From a virus: a DNA stretch of 64,000 nt. This document shows positions 52,876-63,925 of this stretch, piece by piece (position 1 is the stretch's first letter; each line of letters begins with the position of its first letter). A model generated the notes under the pieces. The model had not been told where the DNA came from. It did not search any database and saw nothing but the letters and a program-made list of their open reading frames with translations. The position numbers were made by a program, and so were the translations under genes. The stretch lies in IMG/VR virus record IMGVR_UViG_3300045157_000010; one strand, given 5' to 3'.

Positions 52876-53586
52876 CTATCCCCAGGTGAAGCCGTCTGGT
52901 TCGTTCGATTCGGCCACCTGTTCGTTTCCGGGTTGGCGTTCGTCGTGCCCTGCACCTCGGCTACGGTTACATGCCCTGTGCAGTAGGCGGTCAGCGTCCC
53001 CTGGCCCGTGGTGCTTCAGGTCTCGCGTGTGGTCGGCTTCTAGTGCCGCGCCGTCGAAGTTCTTGGCGGGGTCTTTCCACATTGGGCGTTGGCACCATTC
53101 ACACGGTGTGCCGTCTTTCATGTTGAACATGAGGCGTTTGCGTACTTGTTGGTGCCTGTGATCGTAGCCGCGTTGTGCTGCTGTCTTCGGCTTGTCTCGG
53201 TCGTACCATGCGGCTGCGACCTTCAGCATGTGCGGTGGCCGCTCGGCCTTACACCGTCGCATGACTACAGCCTTGCCGGGGTCGATGGTGCGGATCTCCG
53301 CTCCGGCTTGCCTGTACTTGTCGAGGGTCTTAGCAGACGGCGTGCTGTCTACTATCCACACGTCTGTGGTGTTGGCGTGCTTCACGGCTTCCGTGATGGC
53401 TGCTCGTCGTGCGGCCTGTGTCACTGCCTTCACCGTGTCGGTGTGCGTGTGGTTGTCCACAGTCTCGCCGGCGATTGTGTTGGCGATTTCGTCGTAGTCG
53501 ATGGTGATGTCGCCGGGTTGCCGGTGGTCTCGTATGTAGGTGCTCTTCCCTGCGGCGGGGGGACCGGTGATGATGTGTAGGGGGAT
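52876..53586 (-). CDS. P-loop-HNH fusion (second copy)
   Basis: Identical to 2702-3412. Confidence 0.78.
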   Translation of the reverse strand: MPLHIITGPPAAGKSTYIRDHRQPGDITIDYDEIANTIAGETVDNHTHTDTVKAVTQAARRAAITEAVKHANTTDVWIVDSTPSAKTLDKYRQAGAEIRTIDPGKAVVMRRCKAERPPHMLKVAAAWYDRDKPKTAAQRGYDHRHQQVRKRLMFNMKDGTPCEWCQRPMWKDPAKNFDGAALEADHTRDLKHHGPGDADRLLHRACNRSRGAGHDERQPGNEQVAESNEPDGFTWG

Positions 53587-53780
53587 GGTGTGTGCCCTCC
53601 CCTCTGGTGTTGTAGGTGCCCCCCCCTGTTCGATGAGAGGGGGGGGTGTTGTGCGTGCCGGGGGCTTGAACCCCTGGTGCCTGCCTGTCACGCGCCGTGA
53701 TGGCTGGCGTTGTCGGGTCTCGTCGTCCGGCGAGGATCACCGACAGCCGCGCTTCCTACCATCCGCAAACGGCAGGTTCG

Positions 53781-53851
53781 TGCGCCATCCGGGACTCGAA
53801 CCCGGGTCTCCAGCTACTTGCACTGGTGCGAACCAACTTCGCCAATGACGC
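53781..53851 (-). tRNA. tRNA-like gene with aberrant anticodon loop (second copy)
   Basis: Identical to 3607-3677. Confidence 0.65.
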
Positions 53852-54151
53852 TGCCCCGCGTCCGGGGCGTTCCCTAGTTCCGCGTACGTCACCAGGGCTT
53901 CGGCGTATCCGTAAGGATTACCGGTAACAATGGGGCACCTGCCTGTAGCAACCAGTACCCCTCGGTTCAGTGAGCATGACCACGCTGACTGAACCCTGCG
54001 CGATGGAGGGGAATCGAACCCCGCACTGCCCGGAGTGACCGGCCAATCTGCGACCTTTGCAGCACCGCTAACCTACGGGTAACGACTCCAAAAACGCTGA
54101 CCAGTCCGGGGACGGTCAGGAGCAAAGCCCCCTCGGCTAGCAGGGAGGGGG

Positions 54152-54227
54152 TGGTACTTCTAGCAGGATTCGAACCTGCACTGAACGGGTTTTGAATCCG
54201 TTGCCTCTGCCATTGGGCTATAGAAGT
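54152..54227 (-). tRNA. tRNA-Leu(CAA) (second copy)
   Basis: Identical to 3978-4053. Confidence 0.88.
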
Positions 54228-54393
54228 AGGTGCCTTGCGTTTACAGTCCGTGATCCGGCGGCAACAATCGTTTGTCCGGTGTCGGCTTGCGTAAGCGTTT
54301 GGCATGAACCCCGGCAGGAGGACCGGGGTAGGAGAACCACAGAAGGAGAAGAGGTAAGGGTTTCAAGTCTTCCCTGAAAACCTTACCCAATTA

Positions 54394-55074
54394 TTATAGC
54401 ACGGGTTTAGTGAGGGTCCCTCTATGCATATTCTCTGTCTTTATTTTCGCCATCTTCATCACATCGTCCAAGCAGTATTGGATTGGCCCTCCCTCGGTTA
54501 AGCACCGAATCACCCCTTGATATCTCCAGTCTCGAATCGTGTAGACAGATCTACCGCAGAGTTTCGCGGCCTCTTCCGCGCTGCCCCATTCCGGCGCTTC
54601 CGTCGGGTACATCTCGTGGTACAGGTCTCGCACATGCTCCCACTCGTACAGCAACCATTCCACCCCCTCTGTCTCCACAACCTCAGCCGCATATGCCTTC
54701 AGCCGACTCACAATCGGGAACAACGGTGCGAGGTAATCTTCCCCCGTGTGATTGCCGAACAAGTCGAACTCGTCCTCGTCGTGGCCGATGAGTCGCAGTC
54801 CGATGCACTTCCCCCGGTTCGTGAACCACAGTGGCCGCAGGCTAACAGGCGGGATAGTTCCCCGCCGCATACAGGTGAGTGCAATGTTCCCCAGGCACGC
54901 CGCCTCAGTGTCCGCTAGGTCCATCATCGCATCGTTGCAGGGACTCTTTGGGCCGAACCCGCCGAACGTTGGGGTGTCGCTGTATCCGATCCCGCCTCGT
55001 TGGATTCGTGCCCGGTGTCGCCGGATCGCGTCGATGGTGTGATCCAGGTGTTGCCTAAGCTGCTGCGCGTCCAG
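54394..55074 (-). CDS. Putative late regulator (second copy)
   Basis: Identical to 4220-4900. Confidence 0.58.
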   Translation of the reverse strand: MDAQQLRQHLDHTIDAIRRHRARIQRGGIGYSDTPTFGGFGPKSPCNDAMMDLADTEAACLGNIALTCMRRGTIPPVSLRPLWFTNRGKCIGLRLIGHDEDEFDLFGNHTGEDYLAPLFPIVSRLKAYAAEVVETEGVEWLLYEWEHVRDLYHEMYPTEAPEWGSAEEAAKLCGRSVYTIRDWRYQGVIRCLTEGGPIQYCLDDVMKMAKIKTENMHRGTLTKPVL

Positions 55075-55799
55075 TCTCCGCCTCCTCAATCATCCCGGCG
55101 AGCGTCTTACGTACTTTCGCCGGGGTCCATTTCTCGTTGATCGTTGTTTTCCCCCACACGTGGTACGGCTTCGTGTGGGTGAGGGTGATCCCTAGTTCCC
55201 CGGTGTTGCTGTTGAGTACGGTCACCCACCATTTGTTGCCGTCTGGCGGTGCGGGTAGTAGGTCCGCTACTGACTTCATGCGTTCTCCTCTGCGTACTTC
55301 GCTGCGGCGAGGTAGATCAGCGCAACCTCGCGCAAGCGGTCTGGCGAGTCCAGGGTCATCGCCCCGTTGTCGTAGGACCACAACCCCTCGTCGGGATGGA
55401 ATGCGACCTCGCCGCCCCACTCGACCCACCCGTCATCCTTCACGGTCGGCTCTGGCAGATCCGGTGCAATCAGCCCCTCATCCCGCAGTCCCCTTGCGAG
55501 GAGCCGGTACCCTCCGAGCACTTCCCGCGCCCGCTTGTAGTTGTTCATTTGTTCTCCTTCGTCTCGATGCGCGTATCCCGGAACACGAGCAGGCCCAACA
55601 CAATCGTGATGAACACAGGCCCGAACCCCACCTCATGCCCGAACTCTGCGACCAGTGGGCGAATCCCCCACTCGACAAGCGCGGCGGCGAGCAAGCCCTG
55701 GAGCACTGCGACCGCGATAATTAGTGCTGCTGATTCCTTCATTTGTTTCTCCCTCGTTTAGATGAGCGTGACGGGTATGCGCTCCCCGCCTCCCGCTGG

Positions 55800-57926
55800 T
55801 TACAGTGCGCAGGACTCGCAGAACCCGGCAGCGGTACCCTCCACAGCGGTGCCCGTCATGGCCGGCTGTTGGATGCGGATGTAATAGATCCCCTTACATC
55901 CCTTGCGCCAGGCGTAGATCCGTGCCCGGTCGAGATCGCGGGTGGTTGCGGTATCGGGGACGAAGATCGTCAACGACTGCCCCTGGTCCACCCAATGCTG
56001 CGACACTGCGTAGGTGTCGATCAGCTTCTCGTATCCGATGGTTGAGGCGGACTGGAACAGTGCAGCGTTCTCGTTCGTGAGGTGCGGCTGCGGGTAGTAC
56101 ACGCGCCCGAGCTTCCCCTCCTTACGGATCTCCACACCGGACGCCACCGGGTGGATAGAGGACGTGGAGTGGTTGATGTACGAGATACTGCCGGTCGGTG
56201 GGATTGCCTGAAGGTAGGCGTTCGCCATGCCGTACTTCGCCACTTCCAGTCGCAGCGCATCCCACTCAGCTCGTGACGGTGCGGACAGTCCGGGCATGAT
56301 CTCCAGGTCATCCCCGAACTCATCCACCTTCGGATCGACTACACGGGTGAACCATTCCCCGGTGTCGTACTCGCACCCGTCGAACCATGCGTGCGGGCCG
56401 TACTCTCGTGCGATCTGCGTTGACGCGAGCATCGCCGCCCACGTCACCCTAGCCATGTAGCGATCCAAGATCCACAGTGATTCCGGCGATCCATACTCAA
56501 TACCAAGGCTTCCGAGCGCACCATGCCAGTTCATCTGCCCCAGGCCGATACTCCGCGAGTTCTCATTACCCCTACGAACATCCGGCACGGCGTCAATGCT
56601 GGTCGTGCGCGACACCTGATCCAGCGCCTTCGTTGCGACAACAACCGTGTCCACGAACTCATCCGTGGTCAGGCCGAGCATCTTCCCCATGTTGAACGAA
56701 CCAAGGTTGCACGAGATCTGCGACCCCTCGACCTTGAACGACCCGTCCGGGTTGAACTCCGAGGGGGTCTGGAGCTGGTAGATCTCATTGCAAAGGTTGG
56801 ACTGGCTAACCCTGCCCACGTGACCCATCGGGTGCTGGCGGTTAGCATTGTCCTCAAACATGCAGTACGGGTACCCAGACTGGAACTGCACCTCAGACAG
56901 GGTGCGGAAGAAGTCGCGGGCCTTCACCTTCTTCTTCGTGATCCGCTCATCTTCCACCCAATCGTGGTAACGATCGGACACCACGCAGTCAACGAACGGC
57001 TTGCCCTCAACCTTCGCCACATCGTAGGGGCTGAACAGGTACATGTCCTTGTTGTCCCGCGCCAGCTCGAACGCAATGTCGGGGATGATGATCCCCACGG
57101 AAAGGGTTTTCAGTCGGATCTTCTCGTCCGCGTTCTCGCGCTTGGAGTCGAGGATCTGCATCACGTCGGGGTGGTTTGCGTGGACGTAGATAGCGCACGC
57201 GCCCTGACGCTGCCCCAACTGGTCGAAGTAGGAGAACGTGTCTTCCAGAACCTTCGCCGGTGGGATCAGCCCTCGTGCCGCGCCCTTCAATCCCTGGACT
57301 GGTGCGCCCGCTTCGCGGATGTTGCTGATGTTGATTCCCACACCACCGCCACGCCGGGACAGCTGTGCCGCCGACATGAATGTGCGGGTGATGGATTCGG
57401 TGTCGTCCTCGGCACGCAGTAGGAAGCATGACACGCGCTCCCCGCCCTGCGCCCTACCGGCGTTCAGGAACGTGGGGGTAGCGGGCTGGAAACGTCCGGT
57501 GATGATCGCGTCCACAATGTCCCGCGCCTGCTGGAAGTCGCCACCCGAAAGGTCGATAGCGACCATAACAACGCGGTCCTCGAACCGCTCTAGGATCGTC
57601 TCGCCGTCAACGTCTCGAAGTGCGTACGCCTGGTAAAACTTGAACGCGCCCATGTATGACTGGAAGCGGTACTTGTACGTGTAGGCGAGCTTGAACAGGG
57701 ACTTGAACTGTTCTGGGGTGAATCGGTTAACCGTGGCTCGGTCCCAGAGGTTGTTCCCTACGAGGTAGTCGGTTTTTTCTTCGAGGGAGTGGAAGAACCG
57801 CGTGTGGGTGTTGACGTATTCGAGGTGGTAGGCGCGGGCTGCTTCTCGGTCCTTGTCGAGCTGAAGCTTCCCGTCTTTCAGGATGTTGACTTCACTGTTG
57901 AGATCGAAGTAAGTAACGTCGGTCAA
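55800..57926 (-). CDS. nrdE: NrdE (second copy)
   Basis: Identical to 5626-7752. Confidence 0.93.
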   Translation of the reverse strand: MTDVTYFDLNSEVNILKDGKLQLDKDREAARAYHLEYVNTHTRFFHSLEEKTDYLVGNNLWDRATVNRFTPEQFKSLFKLAYTYKYRFQSYMGAFKFYQAYALRDVDGETILERFEDRVVMVAIDLSGGDFQQARDIVDAIITGRFQPATPTFLNAGRAQGGERVSCFLLRAEDDTESITRTFMSAAQLSRRGGGVGINISNIREAGAPVQGLKGAARGLIPPAKVLEDTFSYFDQLGQRQGACAIYVHANHPDVMQILDSKRENADEKIRLKTLSVGIIIPDIAFELARDNKDMYLFSPYDVAKVEGKPFVDCVVSDRYHDWVEDERITKKKVKARDFFRTLSEVQFQSGYPYCMFEDNANRQHPMGHVGRVSQSNLCNEIYQLQTPSEFNPDGSFKVEGSQISCNLGSFNMGKMLGLTTDEFVDTVVVATKALDQVSRTTSIDAVPDVRRGNENSRSIGLGQMNWHGALGSLGIEYGSPESLWILDRYMARVTWAAMLASTQIAREYGPHAWFDGCEYDTGEWFTRVVDPKVDEFGDDLEIMPGLSAPSRAEWDALRLEVAKYGMANAYLQAIPPTGSISYINHSTSSIHPVASGVEIRKEGKLGRVYYPQPHLTNENAALFQSASTIGYEKLIDTYAVSQHWVDQGQSLTIFVPDTATTRDLDRARIYAWRKGCKGIYYIRIQQPAMTGTAVEGTAAGFCESCAL

Positions 57927-57996
57927 AGTGTCTCCTTGCATGGTTGGTAGCCCCCGCTGGTATGTGCGCGGGGGCAGTTCAGCGGCACACGCGCTG

Positions 57997-58407
57997 TCAG
58001 TTGGTGGTGGTTAGTGTGATGTGCGCTCCGGGCGCTTCCCCCGGCTCAGCGCGCCTCTTGTGCGCGTGGATGGTGACGACCTGCGAATCGTCCACGTATG
58101 CGGAACCTGTCAGGCCGTCGCAGGTGGACCTCAGGAGTTTGTCGGCGTCTGGGCGTTGCACCATCGGTGGTGCGGGTTTATCCCCCAACGCTTTCGGGCG
58201 GGGCATGATGAACTCGACCGTCAGTTCTAGCGGCCCGTCCAGTAGTTCCCCCACCGACTCTCGCGCCTTCGCCCCCACCGCTTCTCGCCACGGCTTCACC
58301 TTCTTGCTCGACTCCACCAACACCACCCGGCCCCCACGGATAAACCCGGACTTACTGCCCTGCGGTGCCGGAACCCCCTCAACGAAGAAGCTAGGCAGAG
58401 TAAGCAC
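57997..58407 (-). CDS. rusA: RusA (second copy)
   Basis: Identical to 7823-8233. Confidence 0.88.
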   Translation of the reverse strand: MLTLPSFFVEGVPAPQGSKSGFIRGGRVVLVESSKKVKPWREAVGAKARESVGELLDGPLELTVEFIMPRPKALGDKPAPPMVQRPDADKLLRSTCDGLTGSAYVDDSQVVTIHAHKRRAEPGEAPGAHITLTTTN

Positions 58408-59188
58408 CGCCAAACAGTCGCTCCAGTGCGAGGTGCGCCTGCTGAGGGCACACACCGTTACCGATAGCCTTCAACTGGTCGCGTCGGCTAAGTCCAATCT
58501 CGTCCGACGTGATCCACCCTTCGGGAAGTCCCATCATCCACTCGGCAAACGCGGCGTTCAGTCGATACTTGCCACGCGCCCCCACCTCAACCGGGTACGG
58601 GGCGGGGCGGAACGCTTCTGACCAGCCGTGGACAACCTGGGTGTACCGACCGTACGGAGGGTGCTGCTCTGCCGCTTCGCCCATCGCCATAGCTGCATCG
58701 TTGATGCCCACGGAGTGTCCGCCGGCCTTCCGCTTGTCAGGGTGTTGCCCTCCGCCAGCCACCCCCGAATATGCGTTCGGAGTTGGAAGGAACTGCTGTC
58801 GAGGGAAGTGTGTGTCTACTGCGGTTATCGGCGGCGACTTACGCTTCTGGCACGATGGGAAGTTATCCCGCTTCCAGTCCGTCGCGGTTGGGGTCGGTAA
58901 CCAAGATGAAGACCCTTTCTCGATGGTGCGGTGCCCCGGCGTCGGCAGCTCGTAGGCTCGTCCATTGAACATGCATCCCGTCTTCGGCCAGGTCTCCGAG
59001 TACACGGTCGAATCCGAGGGATCGGTGTCCGCGCACGTTTTCCAGGATCGTGTACCGGGGTCGTAGGTGGCGAATTGCTTCGCGGACGTAGGGCCAGAGG
59101 TGGCGGTCGTCGTTCTCTCCTTGTCGTCTTCCTGCCTGGGAGAACGGCTGACAAGGGTACCCGCCTGTAAGAATGTCAACTGGTTCAA
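58391..59188 (-). CDS. C5-MTase second polypeptide (second copy)
   Basis: Identical to 8217-9014. Confidence 0.78.
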   Translation of the reverse strand: MNQLTFLQAGTLVSRSPRQEDDKERTTTATSGPTSAKQFATYDPGTRSWKTCADTDPSDSTVYSETWPKTGCMFNGRAYELPTPGHRTIEKGSSSWLPTPTATDWKRDNFPSCQKRKSPPITAVDTHFPRQQFLPTPNAYSGVAGGGQHPDKRKAGGHSVGINDAAMAMGEAAEQHPPYGRYTQVVHGWSEAFRPAPYPVEVGARGKYRLNAAFAEWMMGLPEGWITSDEIGLSRRDQLKAIGNGVCPQQAHLALERLFGGAYSA

Positions 59189-59372
59189 CCGTGCTCCAAT
59201 CCATTGTGGTTACGTCCCCGTAGTTGGGAACATCGGGGTAGTGGTGTGCGAGGATTTTTGATGGCGCCTCGTCGTATTCAACGAACCATGCAACCTGGGC
59301 ATCAAAAAAGGTCTCGACCGCTTGATCGAGACCGCCATAGCCACTGAATAGTGAACCTATTTTCAGAGTCAG
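58863..59372 (-). CDS. C5-MTase first polypeptide (second copy)
   Basis: Identical to 8689-9198. Confidence 0.88.
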   Translation of the reverse strand: MTLKIGSLFSGYGGLDQAVETFFDAQVAWFVEYDEAPSKILAHHYPDVPNYGDVTTMDWSTVEPVDILTGGYPCQPFSQAGRRQGENDDRHLWPYVREAIRHLRPRYTILENVRGHRSLGFDRVLGDLAEDGMHVQWTSLRAADAGAPHHRERVFILVTDPNRDGLEAG

Positions 59373-59855
59373 TTTTCTGCCCCCATTGCTGCGTGAAGAT
59401 CGGCGTGCATCCGGTACGACTCCCACTGCTCCAGGGTGGGGCAGGTGATGATCTGATCGACCCGCTGGTGTAGGACGTGCACGGTGGCGTTGTTGCTGTC
59501 GGTGATCATGATGTACCGGCTGGTTTCCTCGACCCGCCCGGATACGACCACGGTTTCCCAGTGCTCGGTGGTGTACTCTTCCCCGTCTTCGTCTGTGCCG
59601 TGTTCCCTCACTTCGAGTTCGTAGGACACGGCCCCGTAGCCGAGGGTGGTTACGGTGTCTTCGGGTGGGTGGTTGATGGCGAACAGGCTCATGCGGTCCC
59701 CTTATGGTCGAAGATGATTGTCAGTCCGTCGTCGGAGTAGTGCTTCTTGATCGCCTGCCAGTCCCCGTTGAACCATGTGGTCTTCGCCCCGGTGTGCGCT
59801 GCGTCGAATGCTGCTAGTGCTTCATGGTCATCTGGATGGAGACGGATCACTTCGC

Positions 59856-60623
59856 TCATGCGGTCTCCTTGTCGGGGTAGGAGATCTGGTATCGGAGGTG
59901 GTCTACGACGGTGGGGGCGACGGGGGCTAGTGCGTCGAGGATGAGGTGGGACACTTCCTGCATCTCCGCGTCCGCCGTGGGGTGTGCCCGCAGGGGGAGG
60001 ATGGTGGACCATGCGCGAAGGTTTCCGGTGACAACTCCGCGCACCTCGGTCGCATTCGGAAGGACACTACGGGCAGCTTCACGGGCCTGCTTGCGAGGCA
60101 GACCACATTCGGTGGACAGCTCGTTGACCCATTCCTGATAGTTCTTCATGGCATCGTTTGCGTCGTTGATGAATGAGAAGATGTCCCCGAACGGGTTACC
60201 TTCAGGGTCTTCTACTGGATTGCAGTATTCCCGAATCGCCGGGGGCATGACCACGCCGAATGTTGCGGCGTCCACGTACCGCTGCGACACGACCGACCAG
60301 GACAGGTGTCGGTGGCGTTCCATCTCCATCAGCCATGCGCGGGACACGCCGGAGAATCGGAACGTCGCGCTGGCGTGCTCTAGGATGCTGCCGTGCTGCA
60401 TCTCAAACGCGGTGCGGTTGATGTAATCGGCGTTGCGTGCGGTCTTCGGGTTTGGCTTGTCCCAGGATTCATAGCAGCCGCGCCCTGCGAACTCGACCAG
60501 GCATTCCGCGTCGGTTGCGGCAGGGTCGAGGCTCATCCAGTCCTCAATCTTCGGCCCGCCCCCCGGCGTGTACGTGAGGGTGGTTGATGCGATCAACTCA
60601 ATCTTCGGGGTAACAATGTTCAA
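59856..60623 (-). CDS. thyX: ThyX (second copy)
   Basis: Identical to 9682-10449. Confidence 0.93.
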   Translation of the reverse strand: MNIVTPKIELIASTTLTYTPGGGPKIEDWMSLDPAATDAECLVEFAGRGCYESWDKPNPKTARNADYINRTAFEMQHGSILEHASATFRFSGVSRAWLMEMERHRHLSWSVVSQRYVDAATFGVVMPPAIREYCNPVEDPEGNPFGDIFSFINDANDAMKNYQEWVNELSTECGLPRKQAREAARSVLPNATEVRGVVTGNLRAWSTILPLRAHPTADAEMQEVSHLILDALAPVAPTVVDHLRYQISYPDKETA

Positions 60624-61590
60624 CTAGTCCTCCTGGGTGATGATGATCGGCTTTTCGAGGTCGAGGTGCTTACTCAGGTCGCCGGAGACGGTGATGGTGA
60701 GCGTGGTTGATTCCGGTACTCGGATTTCCCTCTCGTTATTGGTGATGATGGTTACGTCAACGTGGAATGATTCCACAGTTCCGGTGATCTTGCGGTTGCT
60801 CATGCAGTCTCCTCTGTGTGGAATCGGGGGTACTCGCCATAGTCGCCCATTGCGACAGGGTTTCCATTTTCGTCAACAAGTCGCCACTCGTAGTGCAGCC
60901 CATCCCACGTTGGGAAAAGTGTTGCGTTGATGTCGCGGACGGCGGCGTGAAGTTTCGCGATGTGCGCGAAATGCTCAGTGGATACTGTTCGAACCATGTC
61001 AGCGTCATTCACAGGTATTCGTCCTCCTCGTTGTGGTGTTTGCGATACCAGCCGCCGTAGGGTCCGGGCGTGTACCGCCAGCCCTCGTTCTCAGCCCACC
61101 GTCGGTCCTGCTCGTACTCGTACTCGTCATCCTCGCGCCTCACTTCTGCCCCTTCGCGTGCCACAGGATCGCCAAGCATCCGGCGATCAGTAGTGCTAGT
61201 TCTCTCACGATTCCTCTTTCTTCTTCCGGGTGTCTTGCCATACCTTCTTCACGATTTCGAGGACCACCCATCCACCAGCGACAGTCATTGCGAACTTTCC
61301 ATAGGATTCCCACCCCTTAATGGAAGGCATAAAGACTCCGAATAGGAAAAGTAGAATCAGGTAGTCAATCGGAACTTTCATGCGTTCTCCTCCTCGTGGT
61401 GCAGTGCGCCTCACGGCCAGTGCGTCTAGCGGGTCAAGACTCGGTGGCGTCCCAATCACCCTCGCGGGGATCATCCAGCGCCAACTCGATTGCGTGCTCC
61501 CAGTTGCGCGCCTCCACATGAAAAACCGCCGTCACCTCAAAAGTGCGGCGGTTCGTGTGGTTAGCGTTCTCGTACAGTTCGTGAACAGGA

Positions 61591-61956
61591 TCAGTCAACG
61601 GCGAACCTTTCAGCCAGGCCCTCATTATCAGACCATCCGACCCTGAACTTAGGACGCACAATATCCCATCCACCCCAAGCGCCTTTTCGCCAAACGGTGC
61701 AGTCAGGTGAAGTAACCTCAGTCCCTACCGCTGCATCTTTGAACCAATCACTGTTGTGCCCTGATGTGTCGATCCTGTCTAGTTCATCCTTCAGGAAGTC
61801 GATTGCCTTCCGCAGGTCCGCCTCAACCTCGCCCTTGTTGTTGCCGTCCAGTCGGCAGGACCGGGCAATGTACTGCACAGCCTGCCCAGCGTTCGACGTG
61901 AGGTGACGGCTAATGTCGAGCACCTGCACCTTCCCGAACTTGTAGTAGTCGCTCAC
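61591..61956 (-). CDS. DUF3310-like protein (second copy)
   Basis: Identical to 11417-11782. Confidence 0.72.
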   Translation of the reverse strand: MSDYYKFGKVQVLDISRHLTSNAGQAVQYIARSCRLDGNNKGEVEADLRKAIDFLKDELDRIDTSGHNSDWFKDAAVGTEVTSPDCTVWRKGAWGGWDIVRPKFRVGWSDNEGLAERFAVD

Positions 61957-61964
61957 GTGTCCTC

Positions 61965-63107
61965 CTAGACGATTGAGATGTTCGCGGGCTTACCGTCCAC
62001 GTCATCGAAGACGAGGACACCCGGATTGCCGGTCGCGCCAGTCGAGTTGGCGAACCACGTTGACTGCGTTTCTAGCGCGGGGGCGCACATGATCCACCGT
62101 CGTGCCGTCCACGACCACGCCCGCATCCCGTGGAAATGACCGAACAGCAACACGTCCGCAGCGGCAGCGGGCCGGTCATTCGTGATCTGCCCCGCCCACC
62201 ACTTCTCAGCGCCGTTCACCGGGCCACCACTGAACCGGTGACCGTGCACCACCGCGTAGGTCAACCCTCCCGCTGTGTAGGTCACGTCCCCGGTGTTCGG
62301 CTCCGGATAGTAGAAGCTCACACGGTCATCGAGGCCCGCCAGTTCGATTGCCTGCTGCACGTTGTTGACGATCTGGATATCGAACGAGTCGGTCATGGAC
62401 ACGTTCGACACGCGGGTCGATTCACCGTGGTTGCCGGGGATCGCCGCCACAATCACCTCCGACGCCGCCTCCAAGCACTTCTGCACCGTGTCCGATACGA
62501 GGTGGCCGGCAACCCGGATCTGCTCGGTCAGGGTCAGGTCACAGCCGCCGATGTTCTTCCCGTGCTGACTGACGTAGCCCTCGATGAGGTCGCCGCCGAG
62601 TACAAGGTTGATTCCCTCGAATGGGCCGTCGTCTAGCGCTCGGTCCACACTGTCTCGCCAACGCTGGATAAGGAGTTCGGAACCGCCACCGTCCTGAGCT
62701 GACTTGCCGATGTGAGTGTCCGCCAGCATGATCGTGCGCCAACCACTGCGCGGCTCATACGGGTACGACGGCTCGGCGTAGATGTTGTCGAGCAGGTCTT
62801 CCACGTCGAACGTGCGCTCAGGCTTTCGCGTGATCGGCAACTTGTACCAGCACTCGACCATCTTCGAGTCCGCGCCGATCTTCGTTGAGATACTGGCCTT
62901 CTGTGACCAGTCAACGATGATCTCGTCAGGGTCAAGGTGCGATTCCCGGAGAATCTTGTTTACCTCGTCCTTGCTCGGCTCTTGCCCTGCGCGCTTAGGG
63001 GTCGTGGTGACGTGACCGGTATCACCTTCCCACTGCACGCCGGGGGTCCAGCCCGACGGGGCGGGGGTGTTCAGTGTCTTCAGTGCGTTCAGATCGACTT
63101 CGCTCAC
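61965..63107 (-). CDS. Metallophosphoesterase (second copy)
   Basis: Identical to 11791-12933. Confidence 0.88.
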   Translation of the reverse strand: MSEVDLNALKTLNTPAPSGWTPGVQWEGDTGHVTTTPKRAGQEPSKDEVNKILRESHLDPDEIIVDWSQKASISTKIGADSKMVECWYKLPITRKPERTFDVEDLLDNIYAEPSYPYEPRSGWRTIMLADTHIGKSAQDGGGSELLIQRWRDSVDRALDDGPFEGINLVLGGDLIEGYVSQHGKNIGGCDLTLTEQIRVAGHLVSDTVQKCLEAASEVIVAAIPGNHGESTRVSNVSMTDSFDIQIVNNVQQAIELAGLDDRVSFYYPEPNTGDVTYTAGGLTYAVVHGHRFSGGPVNGAEKWWAGQITNDRPAAAADVLLFGHFHGMRAWSWTARRWIMCAPALETQSTWFANSTGATGNPGVLVFDDVDGKPANISIV

Positions 63108-63493
63108 ACAGTCTCCTTCAGTTCGGTTCGCAGCATCTTCAGGGCGGTTAGCCCGAACGGGTATCCGGCGTGCTCGCGCAACGCCCGCAGTGCCCGAGGT
63201 GCGGGCTGGTTCACGATCACCATCTCCACCACTTCCCGCTCCTCCGTGCTCATCTCGTCCAACCATTCCCTCGCGGTGCGGGGCTTCCGCACCCCGTACT
63301 TCCGCAGCTCAGCGATACTCAATTTTCCTCCACTTGTCCTTCTTCACTTGCGCCGCCCAGCCCTCCTCGACTAGGCGGCGCATGATCCCCTCAACCTCGT
63401 GCGATTGCTCCCGCAGGACGCATGATTTGAGGGTGTATAGCGTGCATTCCATGCCACTGTTGAGCGCGTCCCGCACCCATTCCTCGGTGTTGG

Positions 63494-63916
63494 TCAACGC
63501 CCGGTTGAGCCGTGCCCGCCCGTGCCGCGCTCGGTGTTATCCAGTGCGGCAACAGGGGTGAGTGTGGGGCGTTCGATCCGCTGAATGAGTAGCTGCGCGA
63601 TCCGATCGCCCTTCTTCACCTCGACGGGGAACATGCCCGCGTTGTGCAAGTTCACCTTCACCGTGCCCCGATAGTCACTGTCGATCACCCCTGGCGCGTT
63701 GAGGACCGACACGCCGTGATTTGCGGCCAAGCCCGACCGGGAATGCACCAGACCGGCGAACCCGACCGGGATAGCGACCTGAATCCCCGCACTCACCAAC
63801 TGCCACTCGGCGGGCAGGATCTCCACATCTTCTGCCGCGATCAGATCCGCGCCTGCATCGGTCGGATGCTTACGGACAGGCATGCAGCCCTTCTCCGCGA
63901 TGATTGGAATGTCTAT
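63494..63916 (-). CDS. dut: dUTPase (second copy)
   Basis: Identical to 13320-13742. Confidence 0.93.
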   Translation of the reverse strand: MDIPIIAEKGCMPVRKHPTDAGADLIAAEDVEILPAEWQLVSAGIQVAIPVGFAGLVHSRSGLAANHGVSVLNAPGVIDSDYRGTVKVNLHNAGMFPVEVKKGDRIAQLLIQRIERPTLTPVAALDNTERGTGGHGSTGR

Positions 63917-63925
63917 GTTGTCCTC